Program-made: the position numbers and the translations under genes
Shown here: one piece after another, positions 38,521 through 51,600 of the stretch
Position numbering within the stretch: position 1 is the stretch's first letter
How the letters are laid out: every line of letters starts with the position of its first letter
Assembly: GCF_006345805.1 (NCBI RefSeq)
Contig: NC_043000.1
Span: 115,258,001 to 115,322,000 of the forward strand
Length of the DNA: 64,000 nucleotides
Direction of reading: 5' to 3'
Source: Octopus sinensis
Lineage: Eukaryota
Notes under the pieces: model-generated
What the model saw: only the letters and a program-made list of their open reading frames with translations
Databases searched by the model: none
Told to the model about the DNA's origin: nothing

Positions 38521-38899
38521 TTAAAGATAAACTGTCACATCATTGAAATCTTGATGGTTATAAGACAATGCATGATCAATTTAAAACAATGTGAACAAAT
38601 AAGCATTACATTTAATAGAGTAATTTGAATGCAGTGGTGGCTCATAGACAAAATTAGTGGGAGGAGGGTGCTGCTTCAGAAAAATTTTAGCCATTGTGTA
38701 AAAGGAAACAAACATAAAAAGAAAATTTATACACAAACTCAATCAGTTTGCGTTTTAGCCACTGCCAGGTAGTGTGTTTAATTTGTTTGATGAACACCGC
38801 CGTGAATTCCCCTTTGCTTTTCAAAAATCCCCCCTAAATCACAAAATAAGTGAGAAAAATCTGCCCTATTTTTCAATTCCTGGCAGCAACACTGAAGCT

Positions 38900-39003
38900 G
38901 GTAGGGTATTCACTTGGTTGCACGTCTCTGAACAGTTTCCCGGAGGTCAATGTCCTGAGCAAGATAGGGGTTCCAGACTGGTGATGCAAATTCCAAGTGT
39001 GGC
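38900..39003 (-). mobile_element. Small CR1 RT fragment fused to an RTE-UTR/SINE piece
   Basis: PHLEFASPVWNPYLAQDID...VQRRATK. Confidence 0.8.
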
Positions 39004-39475
39004 ACATAAAAAGCACCATTCAAACGTGGCCAATGCCAGTACTGCCTGACAGGCTCCCATGCTGGTGGCACATAAAATGCACCCACTCCACTCTCACAGT
39101 GGTCGGCGTTAGGAACAGTGATCTTATAAGCTGACAAGGGCAGTTGAGTTTAACCCAAGGTGCTGGTGAGTGCTACTGAAATCACTAGTCATCTGGCCAG
39201 CTCCAAGGAAAAACTAAGCTAAGAGCATTAGATTCCTCGGAAAAAGGATCAAATGTGTACGAAACAAGGACAGAAAAATGAACGATGTTACACGAGGAAT
39301 CTAATGCTCTTAGCTTAGTTTTTCCTTGGGGCTGGCCAGATTGGAGCAATCTCAAGATTAATCAGCCGAAATTGCGAGGATGATCTGGTTCTTGACTGAA
39401 GATTAACGGCTTCGAATGACCTGTCCGTGTTTTTTGTATCGTCTATTTGGATGTTTTACATTCTTGTCCTAATTG

Positions 39476-39517
<42 letters not shown>

Positions 39518-39680
39518 GCGTACGTACACTTTTGCTCACTTATATGTATGTATGTATTTATGTATGTATATGAAAAAGGGAACGATAGATTGAGATAGTA
39601 GAGTGGAAAAAAAAGAAGGGGACACAACAAACAAGAGAGTGAGAGAAAAAGTGGGGGAAAAAAACATATCTATAGCTCAC

Positions 39681-39840
39681 AGTTAGTTCACTAGCCATTT
39701 GAAGTGGAATGGTTGTTGCAAGATACCAGTCTTCATACATGTACTCAAGAAGGAATTTCTTGAATTTCATTTGAACGATTCTCACTTGACCTGGAAATTG
39801 TTGTTTCCGCACACTCACAGGCACAGATATATTCCCATAC
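39681..39840 (-). CDS. JmjC/Cupin_8 KDEL protein, coding exon 3
   Basis: acceptor ttttgtcag|; YGNISVPVSVRKQQFPGQVRIVQMKFKKFLLEYMYEDWYLATTIPLQMASELT; donor |GTGAGC; 160 nt, phase 2 to 0. Confidence 0.92.
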
Positions 39841-41267
39841 CTGACAAAATTGAATTCAAATAAAAGAAATGAGATAATTATAGAAATATATATATATGCC
39901 ATTGTTTAGTTTTATTTCAATATTTCTTGCCAATAGAGAAAGAGTCAGTTTCTAACCTAGATTCCAGACTCCTTCATTGGAATTTCAACAACAAGGTATG
40001 TATGTATGTATGTTCTTTTTTTTTTTGTTGAGCAAATCGACCCCAGGACTTATTCTTTGTAAGCCCAGTACTTATTCTATCGGTCTTTCTTGCCAAACCG
40101 CTAAGTGTCGGGTACATAAACACACCAGCATCAGTTGTCAAGTGATGTTGGGGGGACAAACACAGACACACAAACATATACATACACACTCACACACACA
40201 CACCACACACACACACACACACACGTATATATATATATATTATATATATATATATACGATGGGCTTCTTTCAGTTTCCATCTACCAAATCCACTCACAAG
40301 GCTTTGGTCGGCCCGAGGCTACTGTAGAAGACACTTGCCCAAGGTACCATGCAGTGGGATTGAACCCAGAACCCTGTGGTTGGTAAGCAAACTACTTACC
40401 ACACAGCCACTCCTGCATCTACATACATACGTACATACATACATACAGAAAGATAGTAAATTTTTGGTTCACCTTTTCTAGAAACTTCCTAGCCTCCAGG
40501 TGAGCAGTGGCCTCTCCAAATGGAGCTGCTAGTCACCCCTGCAGCAACTGAATCCTATCTCTGTCTTGGGTGAGGAGAAATTGCCTATCTTTCTATATAT
40601 ACGTGTATGTGCGTATGTATGTATGTATGTATACATGTATGCATGTATGTATGTATGTATATATGTATGTACGTACGTATGTGTGAGGTCACTTATGAGG
40701 TTCTTGCAAGTGCTACTGGTAACATGGTGTCCAGTACAACCTGTTGCGTGGTCAGGTTGTTGGCGACTAAACTGGCAGGCTACCCTGGTGGGGAGGGTTG
40801 CTAGAAACCCAGCAGGATTAAAAACAAGACCTGTTCAAAGGTCAGATGAACCTAGTGCAGGCTTAATGGCTATCTAGCAATAGCATGGGCATGCAGAAAT
40901 ACTGGGATGGTGTCCAGTGTGCTAGAAGACCACTGAGAGTGAGGCACCCATCAGTTTCTCTTGAAGCATGTCTCTAGGTTAAGGTCACTCTGATATAAAA
41001 CCAGATATGTAGGGAATGGCATTGGACATTTTGCAGGGTCTTTGGTTTGTGTTAGAGATCATGGTACACCCACATCCCTGAGCCTGCGACTCATATTGGC
41101 ACCAGACATCTCGCTCTGACTTGTCTCTGGATAATGTCAATAGAGAGGAAAGGGTCTATGAGGTGTCATGTAAACCTTATTGGACCTAAAACTCTGCACA
41201 GGCATTGCTGAACTCTGCTCGATATGTCCTTTCTTTCCCCCTAAACCTAACCCTAATTTTATTTTTA

Positions 41268-44200
41268 ATCATCATCATCATCATCATCGTTTAGCGTCCG
41301 TTTTCCATGCTAGCATGGGTTGGACGGTTCAACTGGGAGTCTGTGAAGCCAGAAGGCTTCATCAGGCCCAGTCAGATCTGGCAGTGTTTCTACGGCTGGA
41401 TGCCCTTCCTAACGCCAACCACTTCGTGAGTGTAGTGGGTGCTTTTTACGTGCCACCTGCACAGGTGCCAGACAGAGCTGGCAAACGGCCACGAACTGAT
41501 GGTGCTTTTTATGTGCCACCGGCACGGGGGACAGGCGAGGCTGGCAATGGACACGAACGGATGGTGCTTTTTACGTGCCACAGGCACGAGGCCAGTCGGG
41601 GCGGCGCTGGCAACGGTCGCGAACGGATGGTTCTCTTACATGCCACCGGCACTGGTAACACATCTGCAATTTCCATTGATCGATTTTGATTCTGATCCTC
41701 ACTTGCCTCAACAGGTCTTCACAAGTAGAGTTTTGTGTCCCAAGAAGGGAAGGTATGCATACGTAGGCTGGCTCCATCCCATGTAGAAGGCCACGGGTTA
41801 TGGACTCACTTGTCCTGCCGGGTCTTCTCGCGCACAGCACACTTCCAGAGGTCTCGGTCTCTAGTCATTTCCTCAGTGAGACCTAAAGTTCGAAGGTCGT
41901 GCTTCACCACCTCGTCCCAGGTTTTCCTGGGTCTGCCTCTTCCGCATGTTCCCTCAACCGCTAGGGTGTGGCACTTTTTCACACAACTATCTTCATCCAT
42001 TCTCGCCACATGACCATACCAGCGCAAACGTCTCTCTTGCACACCACAACTGATGCTTCTTAGGTCCAGCTTTTCTCTCAAGGTATTTACACTCTGCCGA
42101 GTATGAGTACTGACATTACACATCCATCGGAGCATACTGGCTTCATTTCTTGTGACCTTACGCATATCCTCAGCAGTCACGGCCCATGTTTCACTGCCAT
42201 GTAGCATGGCTGTTCGTACACACGCATCATACAGTCTGCCTTTTACTCTGTGCGAGAGGCCTTTTGTCACCAGCAGAGGTAAGAGCTCTCTGAACTTTGC
42301 CCAAGCTATTCTTACTCTAGCAGTTACACTTTCAGCACACCCGCCCCCGCTGCTGACTTGGTCACCTAGGTAATGGAAACTATCAACTATTTCTAGTTTT
42401 TCTCCCTGGAAAGTGACGGAAGTTGGTCTCAGAGCATTTTCAGTGTTTATTGTTCCTGAGCATCTGCCACATACAAAAACCATCTTCCTAGTTAGCTTTC
42501 CTTTGACATTGCTGCACCTCTTATGTGTCCATAGCTTACACTTGGTGCATCTTATAGAGTTTCTACCTACACCTTTTCTACAGATCGAGCAGGGCCATCT
42601 ACCTGAAGGCGTTTGTGATTTGTCTACCTTCCTACTGATTACGACTTTGGTTTTAGCTAGATTGACTCTGAGGCCCTTCGATTCTTATCCTTGTTTCCAC
42701 ACCTGAAACTTCTCCTCCAGTTCTGATAGCGACTCAGCAATTAGAGCAAGGTCATCAGCATAGAGGAGCTCCCAAGGGCATCCTGTCTTGAATTCCTCTG
42801 TTATTGCCTGGAGGACTATGATAAATAGGAGGGGGCTGAAGACTGAGCGGAATTCTTCACTGTACTCGTTGCCAACCCTCACCTTACTAGCAGCGTCCCT
42901 ATACATGGCCCGCACAGCTCTCACTAACCATTCATCTATCCCTAGTTTCCTCATTGACCACCAGATAAGGGATCGGGGGACCCTGTCGAAGGCTTTCTCC
43001 ATGTCAACAAAAGCCAGGTACAGGGGCTTATCTTTGGCTAGGTATTTCTCCTGCAGCTGCCTTACCAGGAATATAGCATCAGTGGTACTTTTCCCTGGCA
43101 CAAACCCAAACTGCATCTCATCTAAACTAACTCTCTCTCTAATTAGTTGGGCTATGACCCTCTCCGTAACCTTCATCACCTGATCCAACAGCTTGATACC
43201 TCTGTAGTTATTTGTATCTAGGGCGTCACCTTTACCTTTGTAGCAGTTGACTATTATGCTGCTACACCAGTCATTGGGTATGACTCCTTTGTGTATCACC
43301 TGATTAACTATACGGGTGACTAGGCTATAGCCGACACTACCAGACATTTTGAGCATCTCTGCAGTGATTCCTGATGGGCCTGGGGTTTTCCCTGTCTTCA
43401 TGCTTCTAATTGCCTTAGCTACCACGGAACTATCAACTCGGATAGCTGGTCCCTCTGTTGGGTCAACATTCGGCAGACTCTCTTTATCCCATTCATTTTC
43501 TTTATTCAGCAACCTTTCATAGTGGTGTCTCCAAACCTCTCTCTTTGCATCCTCATTTAGCGCAAGTGAACTATCTTCCATGCGAACACACTTCTCTCCT
43601 ACCACATCACGATTCTCTCTCACACACTGTCTTGCAACGCGAAACATCTCCAGTCTTTGGTCCTCACGGCGCAGAACATTGGCAAATTTTTTCTTATCTG
43701 CTTCCCCTCTGGCTAAATAAACCTGTCTCCTAGCTTCTCTTTTGGCAGTCTGATACAATTCCCTGCTACCCCCATTTTTCCAGACCTTCCAAGCCTGTCT
43801 CTTTTCTCTAATAGCCCTGTCTACAATATTGTTCCATCACCACGTTATTCTAGGTTGAGAGGGGACTTTGCACCAGCCACAGATCTTGTCAGTGGCTCTC
43901 AGCAGGTTGTCTCTTAGAAACGTCCAGTTGTCTTCTACCCCCTGTGATGCTCTATCCCCTTCTACTTCGTCAAAGGCTTCAAGTAATATGTCCCTAAATC
44001 TCTGTCCATTTGCAGGATCTTTAAGCTTCCAGATCCTTCTTCTCCATATTGGTCGTCTTCTGGTTGTCCTCCTAGTCCTGATCCTAAAGTCACTAACTAC
44101 CAGTCTATGTTGTGGGGTACATTCTTCACCTGGGAAGGTTTTGGCATTTATAAGCAGCCATCTCTCCCTTTGCCTTGCAAGGATGTAGTCAATTTGTCTG

Positions 44201-44632
44201 GTATGTTGGCCCGATCGGTAAGTGACTAGGTGGCTGGTAGGTTTCCTGAAGTTAGTGTTGCAAATCATCAGATTATTTGCATCGCAGAACTCCAGTAGCC
44301 TGGTTCCCTGCTCGTTGCGGGAGCCATAGCCATAGCCTCCATGTACGCCATGGAAGCCCCCAGCATGTCGTCCAACGTGACCATTGAAGTCACCAGCCAC
44401 AAAGAGAAGGTCTCTGTCATTCGTCAACGAGGTAGTCTGCAGTAGAGTGTCATAGAATCGGTCTTTCTGTCCATTGGGTAGCCCCGACTGAGGAGCATAG
44501 GCTGATATAATGGTTGCTAAACTATGATGAAGCACTAATCTAATCTTAAGTATTCTGTCACATACTCTGATTACCTCAATTACTTTATCTACCCATTTCT
44601 CAGCGATAAGTATACCCACGCCACCAACCCCA
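41268..44632 (-). mobile_element. 5'-truncated RTE-clade LINE (APE + RT + PHD-like insert + modular 3' UTR + (GAT)n tail), inactivated; sense orientation in intron 2
   Basis: YAPQ, GDFNGHVG, IDYI (43837-44619); NYRGIKLL, QFGF, FVDMEKAFD, YADD (42685-43758); GVHQG motif deleted; in-frame stops at 43837 and 42685; RGRPRKTW C-terminus; possible low-complexity TSD tttattttta at 41258 and 44635. Confidence 0.93.
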
Positions 44633-44958
44633 TATTTATTTTTAGTATATATTTATCTATTTTTAGTGTATATTTATTTTATTTTTTTCAAAAGTCCTGC
44701 AGGGATGGGAAGGTGATAAAGCATGCAGACCTGACAGGTTGGAAGCACGTAGTCAGTGACCTGCATGTAGGCGGCCCATGCTATAGATATCATCCAACCA
44801 TCTTGTTCTGGGTCTACTACTAGGTCCTTTGGCAATTAGCTTGGCTTGAAGAATTTGTCTTGTGATTCGTTCCTGCATCAATCTAACCACATGTCCATTG
44901 TATCAGATCCAAGACCTCTCATCATCTTGGAAAATTTTGAAAGAAAACGGTCACTTAC

Positions 44959-45124
44959 TTTTCCTTTAAGTAATCATCTTTTTCCCATGTTTTAGCTATT
45001 GGGACATTCTTCATTGCTCCTGACATCATTACAGGCTGGTTGTCTTGAATATATTTGTAGAATGATTCCGGACTGGGCATTCCTTTTGTTTCTTGTACTT
45101 TGCCATCAGGATGTCGCTGAAACC
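44959..45124 (-). CDS. JmjC/Cupin_8 KDEL protein, coding exon 2
   Basis: acceptor ttttctag|; (G)FQRHPDGKVQETKGMPSPESFYKYIQDNQPVMMSGAMKNVPIAKTWEKDDYLKE(K); donor |GTAAGT; 166 nt, phase 1 to 2; matches the P..F...PV..GA....W..DYL start of Cupin_8 domains. Confidence 0.92.
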
Positions 45125-45924
45125 CTAGAAAATATGATTAAAAACATTGTCATATATGTATGCAATATAATTATATGTATGCTGCCATAAGGCTTTACTT
45201 CTACACACACCAGCTTAATTTAATTCGTCCTTAGTCGAAAGACACCTGTAGTTAATGTCCTGTTGTTTGCATTTGTATTTGTGTACCATTTCTCCATATT
45301 TTTTTCCATCCTTGTTTTCATATACATTTGCTGCTTTTTCCCAAGGAATCTAGTGCTCTTAGCTTAGTTTTTTTCTTGGGGCTAGCCAAATTGGAGCAAT
45401 CTTGAGTATAACCAGCTGAAATTGCAAAGATAATCTGGAATTTGACTAAGAAAAAAAAACTCCAAATTACCCGTCTTTGTTTTTTTTTTTTCCCTTTTTT
45501 GTATCATCTAATTGTTTGGATGTTTTGCATTCTTGTCCCATTTTTTGTATTCCTTTATATTTATCTATACATATATCATCATCATCATCATCATCGTTTA
45601 ACGTCCGTTCTCCATGCTAGCATGGGTTGGACGGTTCGACCAGGGATCTGGGAAGCCAGAAGGCTGCACCAGGCTCCAGTCTTATCTGGCAATGTTTCTA
45701 CAGCTGGATGCCATATAAGGAAAATAAGGAAAATAAGACAAGGTAGAAAATGCTAAAATAATTTTATCATGAAGAACATTTTAGTACCGGTTTCAGTCTT
45801 TGCAACTTTTTCAGCTTAGAGTAAAGCATGAAAAAAAATTAAATTGTGGAAAAATTAAATGAAATGTTTTTTACTAAGTATTTTGTCTAACATGCTAACA
45901 ATTCTGTCAGAGCACTAACCGCAG

Positions 45925-46580
45925 AGAGTGGCAGAGTTGGAGACTAGCAAAATCCTCTGGGATTTCCCAATCCAAACAGATCAGGTGCTAGAGCATAGCA
46001 GACTGGACCTGGTGAACAAGGAGCACCACATATGCTATATAGTTGATGTTGTATGTTCCTCTGACCCACAAATAATCAAGAAGGAAGGCAAAAAAATAGA
46101 TAAATACAACCCTCTTAAGTATGAAATATGAAGAAGGTGAAGATAGTGCCAATTATTGCTGGGTCCTTGGGAACAGTATCAGAAGGTATCAAGGGAAATA
46201 TAAAGAAAATTGGAATAGAGAGTCCAATGGAACTGTATTGGGGGAGCATCATAGCCGTGTGTTGAAAGGAATTCTTGGAGGTTTAGATAATTCACCTTTG
46301 GAAACATGTGTGGTTCGTTCAAAATCCTTAAACAATCCTAATTCAGGGACCGTTTGAGTGGGATGGGCTACTCAACCTGGAGAAAATACTAAGTGGACCC
46401 CCCACATGAAGATCATGTGCTATTTATCTTGATATGAGATCACAATGTCACGCACATATGGTTGTGATATATGTGCCTGGTGTACTCTTATCAGATGGGT
46501 CGTCATGATGGGTATATTGGACTTCGTATATTTGTACCCCAGTGTCACTTTGATGGCATGTACTGCTCTCTCACTCAATA
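45925..46580 (+). mobile_element. R4/Dong-like RLE-type LINE 3' remnant next to (AAT)n
   Basis: KILWDFPIQTD..LEHSR.DLV...CYIVDV...KKIDKY..LKYEI is a restriction-like endonuclease motif. Confidence 0.7.
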
Positions 46581-47307
46581 ATAATAATAATAATAATAAT
46601 AATTATAATGATCCTTTCCATCATAGGCATAATTCCAGCAATTTGTGGGGAGGGGCAAATTTGATTAAATCAACCCCAGTGCTCAACTGGTACTTATTTT
46701 ATCGACCCTGAAAGAATGAAAGGCAAAGTCAACCCTGATTGAATTTGAACCCATAACATAAAGATTGACAAAAGGCTGCTAAGCATTTTGCTTGGTGTGC
46801 TAACGATTCTGACACCTCACCACCTTAATAGCAACAACAACAATAATAATAATCCTTTCTACTGGAAGCACAAGGCCTCAAGTTTGGGGGAAGGGATTAA
46901 GTCGATTACATCAACCCCAGGGTGTAACTGGTACTTATTTAATTAACCCTGAAAGGCTGAAAGGCAAAGTCGACCTCAGCAGAATTTGAACTCAGAACAT
47001 TAAGACAGACGAAATACTGCTAAGCATTTCCTCCAGCATACTAATGATTCTGCCACCTCACCGCCTTAATAATAATAATAATAATATTAATAATCCTTTC
47101 TACTATAGGTACAAGGCCTTGAAATTTTGGGGAAGGAGACTAGTCGATTGCATCGACCCCAGTGTTTCACTGGTACTTCATTTACTGACCCTGAAAGGAT
47201 GGAAGGTAAGGTCGATCTCAGCGGAATTTGAACTCAGAATGCAGCGACAGGTGAAATACTGCCAAGCATTTTGTCCATCATGCTAATGATTCTGTCACCT
47301 CACCACC

Positions 47308-47322
47308 TTAATAATAATAATG

Positions 47323-47374
<52 letters not shown>

Positions 47375-47392
47375 TGATGATGATGATGATAA
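47308..47392. repeat. (AAT)n-(GAT)n microsatellite
   Basis: visible simple repeat. Confidence 0.95.
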
Positions 47393-48300
47393 TACTTTTC
47401 ACTATAGGTACAAGGCCTGAAATTGGAGGAGGGTCTAGTCAATTTTATTGACCACAGTGTATAGCTGGTACTTAATTTATCTACCCTGACGAAAAGCAAA
47501 GTTAACCTTGGAATGGAAAGACGGTCAAAATGCTGCAAAGCATTTTGTCTGCTGTGCTAACAATTCTGTCAGCCAATCGCTTTAACAATAATGGTTTCAA
47601 ATTTTGCCACAAGGGCAGCAACTTTGGGGGAAGGGGGATGAGACGATTACATCGACCCCAGTGTTCAACTGGTACTTATTTTATCCACCCTGAAAGGATA
47701 AAAGGTGAAACTGACCCCAGCAGAATTTGAACTCAGAATGTAAAGCCTGCTAGTAAGCATTTTACCTGGCCTGCTAACAAATCTGCCAGCTCATCACCTT
47801 AATTGCTTTTACAATAATGATAATAATAATCCTTTCTATTTTGGTAGAATGAGGGGCTACTAGTTGATTACATCGACCCTAGTGCTAGACTGGTCTTTAT
47901 TTCACTGACCAGAGAGGATGAAAGACAAAGTTGATTTACTGTTCTATATTTTAGAAATGAAGAATTCATCATCATCATCATCATCATCGTTTAACGTCCG
48001 TTTTCCATACTAGCATGGGTTAGACGGTTCGACCGGGGTCTGGGAAGCCAGGGGCTGTACCAGGCTCCAGTCTGATCTGGCAGTGTTTCTACAACTGGAT
48101 GCCCTTCCTAACACCAACCACCCCATGAATGTAGTGGGTGCTTTTTACGTGCCACCGGCAGAGGAGGCTGACAAATGGCCACGATCGGTTGGTGCTTTTA
48201 CGTGTCACCGACACTGGCATCTGCCACGTTCGGATGGTGCTTTTTACGTATCACCGGCATGGGTATCTTAACTACGATTTCCATTTGTACAATATTCACC

Positions 48301-48337
48301 TTTCGGCTGATGTACTCTCCAGCCTTCATCAGGTGTC
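48301..48337 (-). ncRNA. Hammerhead motif, 3'-truncated, with perfect stem II
   Basis: gacac-CTGATGA-A-GGCTG gagagtacat CAGCC-GAAA. Confidence 0.5.
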
Positions 48338-48480
48338 CAACTGGGGTACTCTGTTCTCATTCCTACGGTATTTTTGCTGATGTTATTAATGTACATATGC
48401 TTTATATGCACTTTTGACAAGTTGTAGTGCACCTGAGCACTGTAGACAATAATTTCTTTATTATTATTTTTATTTATTCT

Positions 48481-48541
48481 GGGATTGAACCTGGAATTTT
48501 AGGGTTAGTAGCCCGCACTCTTAACCACTATGCTATATGCC
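48481..48541 (-). other. tRNA-derived Pol III promoter-like segment (second copy at 35861-35921)
   Basis: A box TAGCATAGTGG, anticodon arm GGG-CTACTAA-CCC, B box GGTTCAATCCC; no 3' acceptor strand. Confidence 0.65.
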
Positions 48542-48641
48542 TATGGGCAATTATAGAGTGAATTGTAGGGCTTATAAACCTATTACTTTTGTATCTTTTT
48601 GTAATACTGGCTCCCATATTCTACTCTGCCTCTTTTATAAA

Positions 48642-51600
48642 AATCAACCACAACCAGAGCAGCAGCAACAACAACATCAACAACAACAACAGCAACAACA
48701 AAATCAACCACAACTAGAGCAACAGCAGCAACAACAACAACACCAATTGACCAGTGCGGTTCTTGCAGAACTGCAACAATCGATCTGTGCTTTAAAAGGG
48801 GAAGTAGCAGGAATAAAAGCAACCATTCAGGTTGGACTCCACAATGAGGGGTCTTATTGGAATGCTCTGCTAAAGAACCTCCCTGTACCTGTACCTCTTG
48901 TCGCATTTAAGACCGCGGATTCTGCCACCCATGAAGTCATTGCCATTGGGGTGCCAGAAGACATGGCTGATCTTCAGGCTTTTGCTGCCAACTCAGCCAA
49001 AGACCTAGGCTGCGTTCCCCCAACGGGTGCTATCCGCCTTGGACGACCTGGCCCAAAACCTAGGCTCATCAAGTGTCTTTTACGGACCACACTGAGGCAA
49101 CCTCTTACCATCTGGCCTCAGTTAAAGCTGGGCGTGAAAATCGGACCACCTTCCGAACACGCCCAGGCTTACCGTCCGATGTACGTCCGAAGCTACGTGT
49201 AGTGGCTTCCCTGAATAGGAACTCAGCTCTACAGGAAAGCTTCAGTCTTCGGGAAGATGGACAAATCTGGAGATTTGTCAAGACTGCTGAAACGTGGAAG
49301 AGAGATACCAGCTGGTCTGAGTGCTCTCTACCCACAATAACTAAAAGACTACAGCAACTCAGGGAAACTAAGCCAGAACAACCTGCCATCCTCTACACAC
49401 CATCATAAACTGCGAGCAGGGTACAAATTGTTGTCCTTAAATGCTCGCAGTTTATGCAACAAAATACATTTGTTCAACGCCTACGTCAGAAGTGTTGACC
49501 CTGACTTCATCACTGTCACGGAAACATGGGCGCATTCCTTACTCTGTGATGGGGTTTTCAACATTACGGGGTACAACCTCTTCCGTAAGGACCGCACTAA
49601 CCGCCGTGGTGGTGGTGTGATGGTCTACGTTCGTTCAAATTTTTTGGTAATTCCTTGTGCCGATTTGAACGAATCACAAGAAGAAGTTTTTTTCTGTGAC
49701 GTGTGTATGACCATGTCAACACTCCTGCTTGGCGTTGTTTATCGTCCCCCAAGTTACCATCGGGACACACAGCTTTGCAATGTCCTCCGAGCTGCTGCCA
49801 GGAAAACAGCCACTTATGTGTTTATTGCAGGCGATTTCAATCATCCTGAGATCGATTGGGAGACCTTCCATTGGCCACAGAGTGCAAACGATTTTGTTGA
49901 GCTTGTGCTGGACTCAAACTGGTCACAAGTAGTCACCTCTCCAACAAGAGGCGACAACACCTTGGACCTGCTCTTCACCACAACTCCTGAAGCGGTTATC
50001 AATTGCACTACGGAGGAACCTCTAGGTGACTCTGATCATGCTATGATCATCGCCAATCTGGCTCTTGCGGGCAACAAAAACCTGAACCATCTCCAATCTG
50101 CTTCCTTCGATTGGAAGAGAGCAGATTGGAACCTGTACCACACTGAACTACAGCACCCAAACTGGCGTGAATTCTACAACTCTGGAGATGTGAATACTAT
50201 ACTCCAGAGTATCCTGGACTCAATATGGGCAGCATGTGCAGCATCAGTGCCACGTAAACAAAAGGGCAATTTGGGAAACTTCAGCGGTCCGACTTGCCAG
50301 GAGGGAACGTCGGACTGCTGAACAGGAATACAGGTTGCATAAATCAGACACCAACAGGAAGAAGCGGAATAAATCCTCCAACCATCTCAAGCAAGTAACA
50401 AAAAAAGCAGTGTTTGAATTTGAACAGTGCATAGCAGCCAATCCTGACAGTAAGGTTTTCTGGAAATATGTGCACTCAAAGCAGAGACCTCACTCTCCAG
50501 TGGGCCCTCTTCGCAACCCTCACACAAACCAGATCACTGACGACCCCAAGGAATGCGCAGAACTCATTGCCGAGTGCTATGCAAACATATTCACTGTTGA
50601 AAGTCAAGATGTACCATCTTCACCATCACTAACAGCAAACTCCATAACAACTATGGAATTTACACCTGCAATGCTGCAACGTCACCTTCAAAATAAGCGC
50701 AACTATGCCTCCCCTGATCTCGATGGAGTTACATACCTGCTTCTCAAACGTGGCAGGCACTTCCTTTTACACCAGCTTTCTATTTTCTTCCAGTACTGTC
50801 TCAACAATGGTGCTACTCCGGAGCAGTGGAAAACTGCCAGTGTCATTCCTCTGTTCAAAAAGGGTGACCGCACATCACCTGTCAACTATCGCCCAGTCAG
50901 TCTCACTAGCTGTATTGCAAAACTGATGGAATCGTGTGTCAGAGAAACACTCTGGAACTTCTGGAGCTCTCACAGTCTCATCCGACCCTCACAATATGGA
51001 TTTGTCCCTAACTCCAGCTGCAGTGACCAGCTTGTCGAGTTCCTTGAGGACATTACTCAGATTACTGACAGTGGCTCATGGGTGGATGTTGTCTACCTTG
51101 ACTTTGCTAAGGCTTTCAACTCTGTGCCACACAAAAGGCTTATGGTGAAACTCTCTGCAATGGGTGTGGGGGATGACCTTTTTAACTGGTTGAAATCCTT
51201 CATCCTCAGCCGAAAGGAGGTTGTCACAGTTCTAGGACAGCACTCTACACCATATGAGATGTCATCGGGTGTACCACAGGGATCTGTCCTTGGTCCCCTC
51301 TTGTTTGTGGCATACATTAACGACATAGATGCCAATTTAAAGAATGCCACAGTATTGAAATATGCAGACGACATCAAGCTGTACCTTGAAATCAAGAGGA
51401 CAGATCCTGATGTCTACAACTCTTTCCTGCAATCAGACCTAGACACAATGCAGCAATGGATCACAGACTGGCAACTGAAACTGGCTGTGGACAAGTGTAC
51501 CACCATGCATTTTGGGAGAAAAAACCCTGCGTTCACATACTCCCTCCACAACACTGATATCAAGAAATCCTCTTGCGAGCGTGACCTAGGTATCACTGTC

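Noticed and set aside
41241-41256. CCTAACCCTAA telomere-like motif
   Set aside because: Fewer than three units; not an interstitial telomere array
48537-48641. ATG 48537 as the true start of CR1 ORF1
   Set aside because: This stretch is the leader of the tRNA-HHR repeat (also at 35917); the LINE appears 5'-truncated
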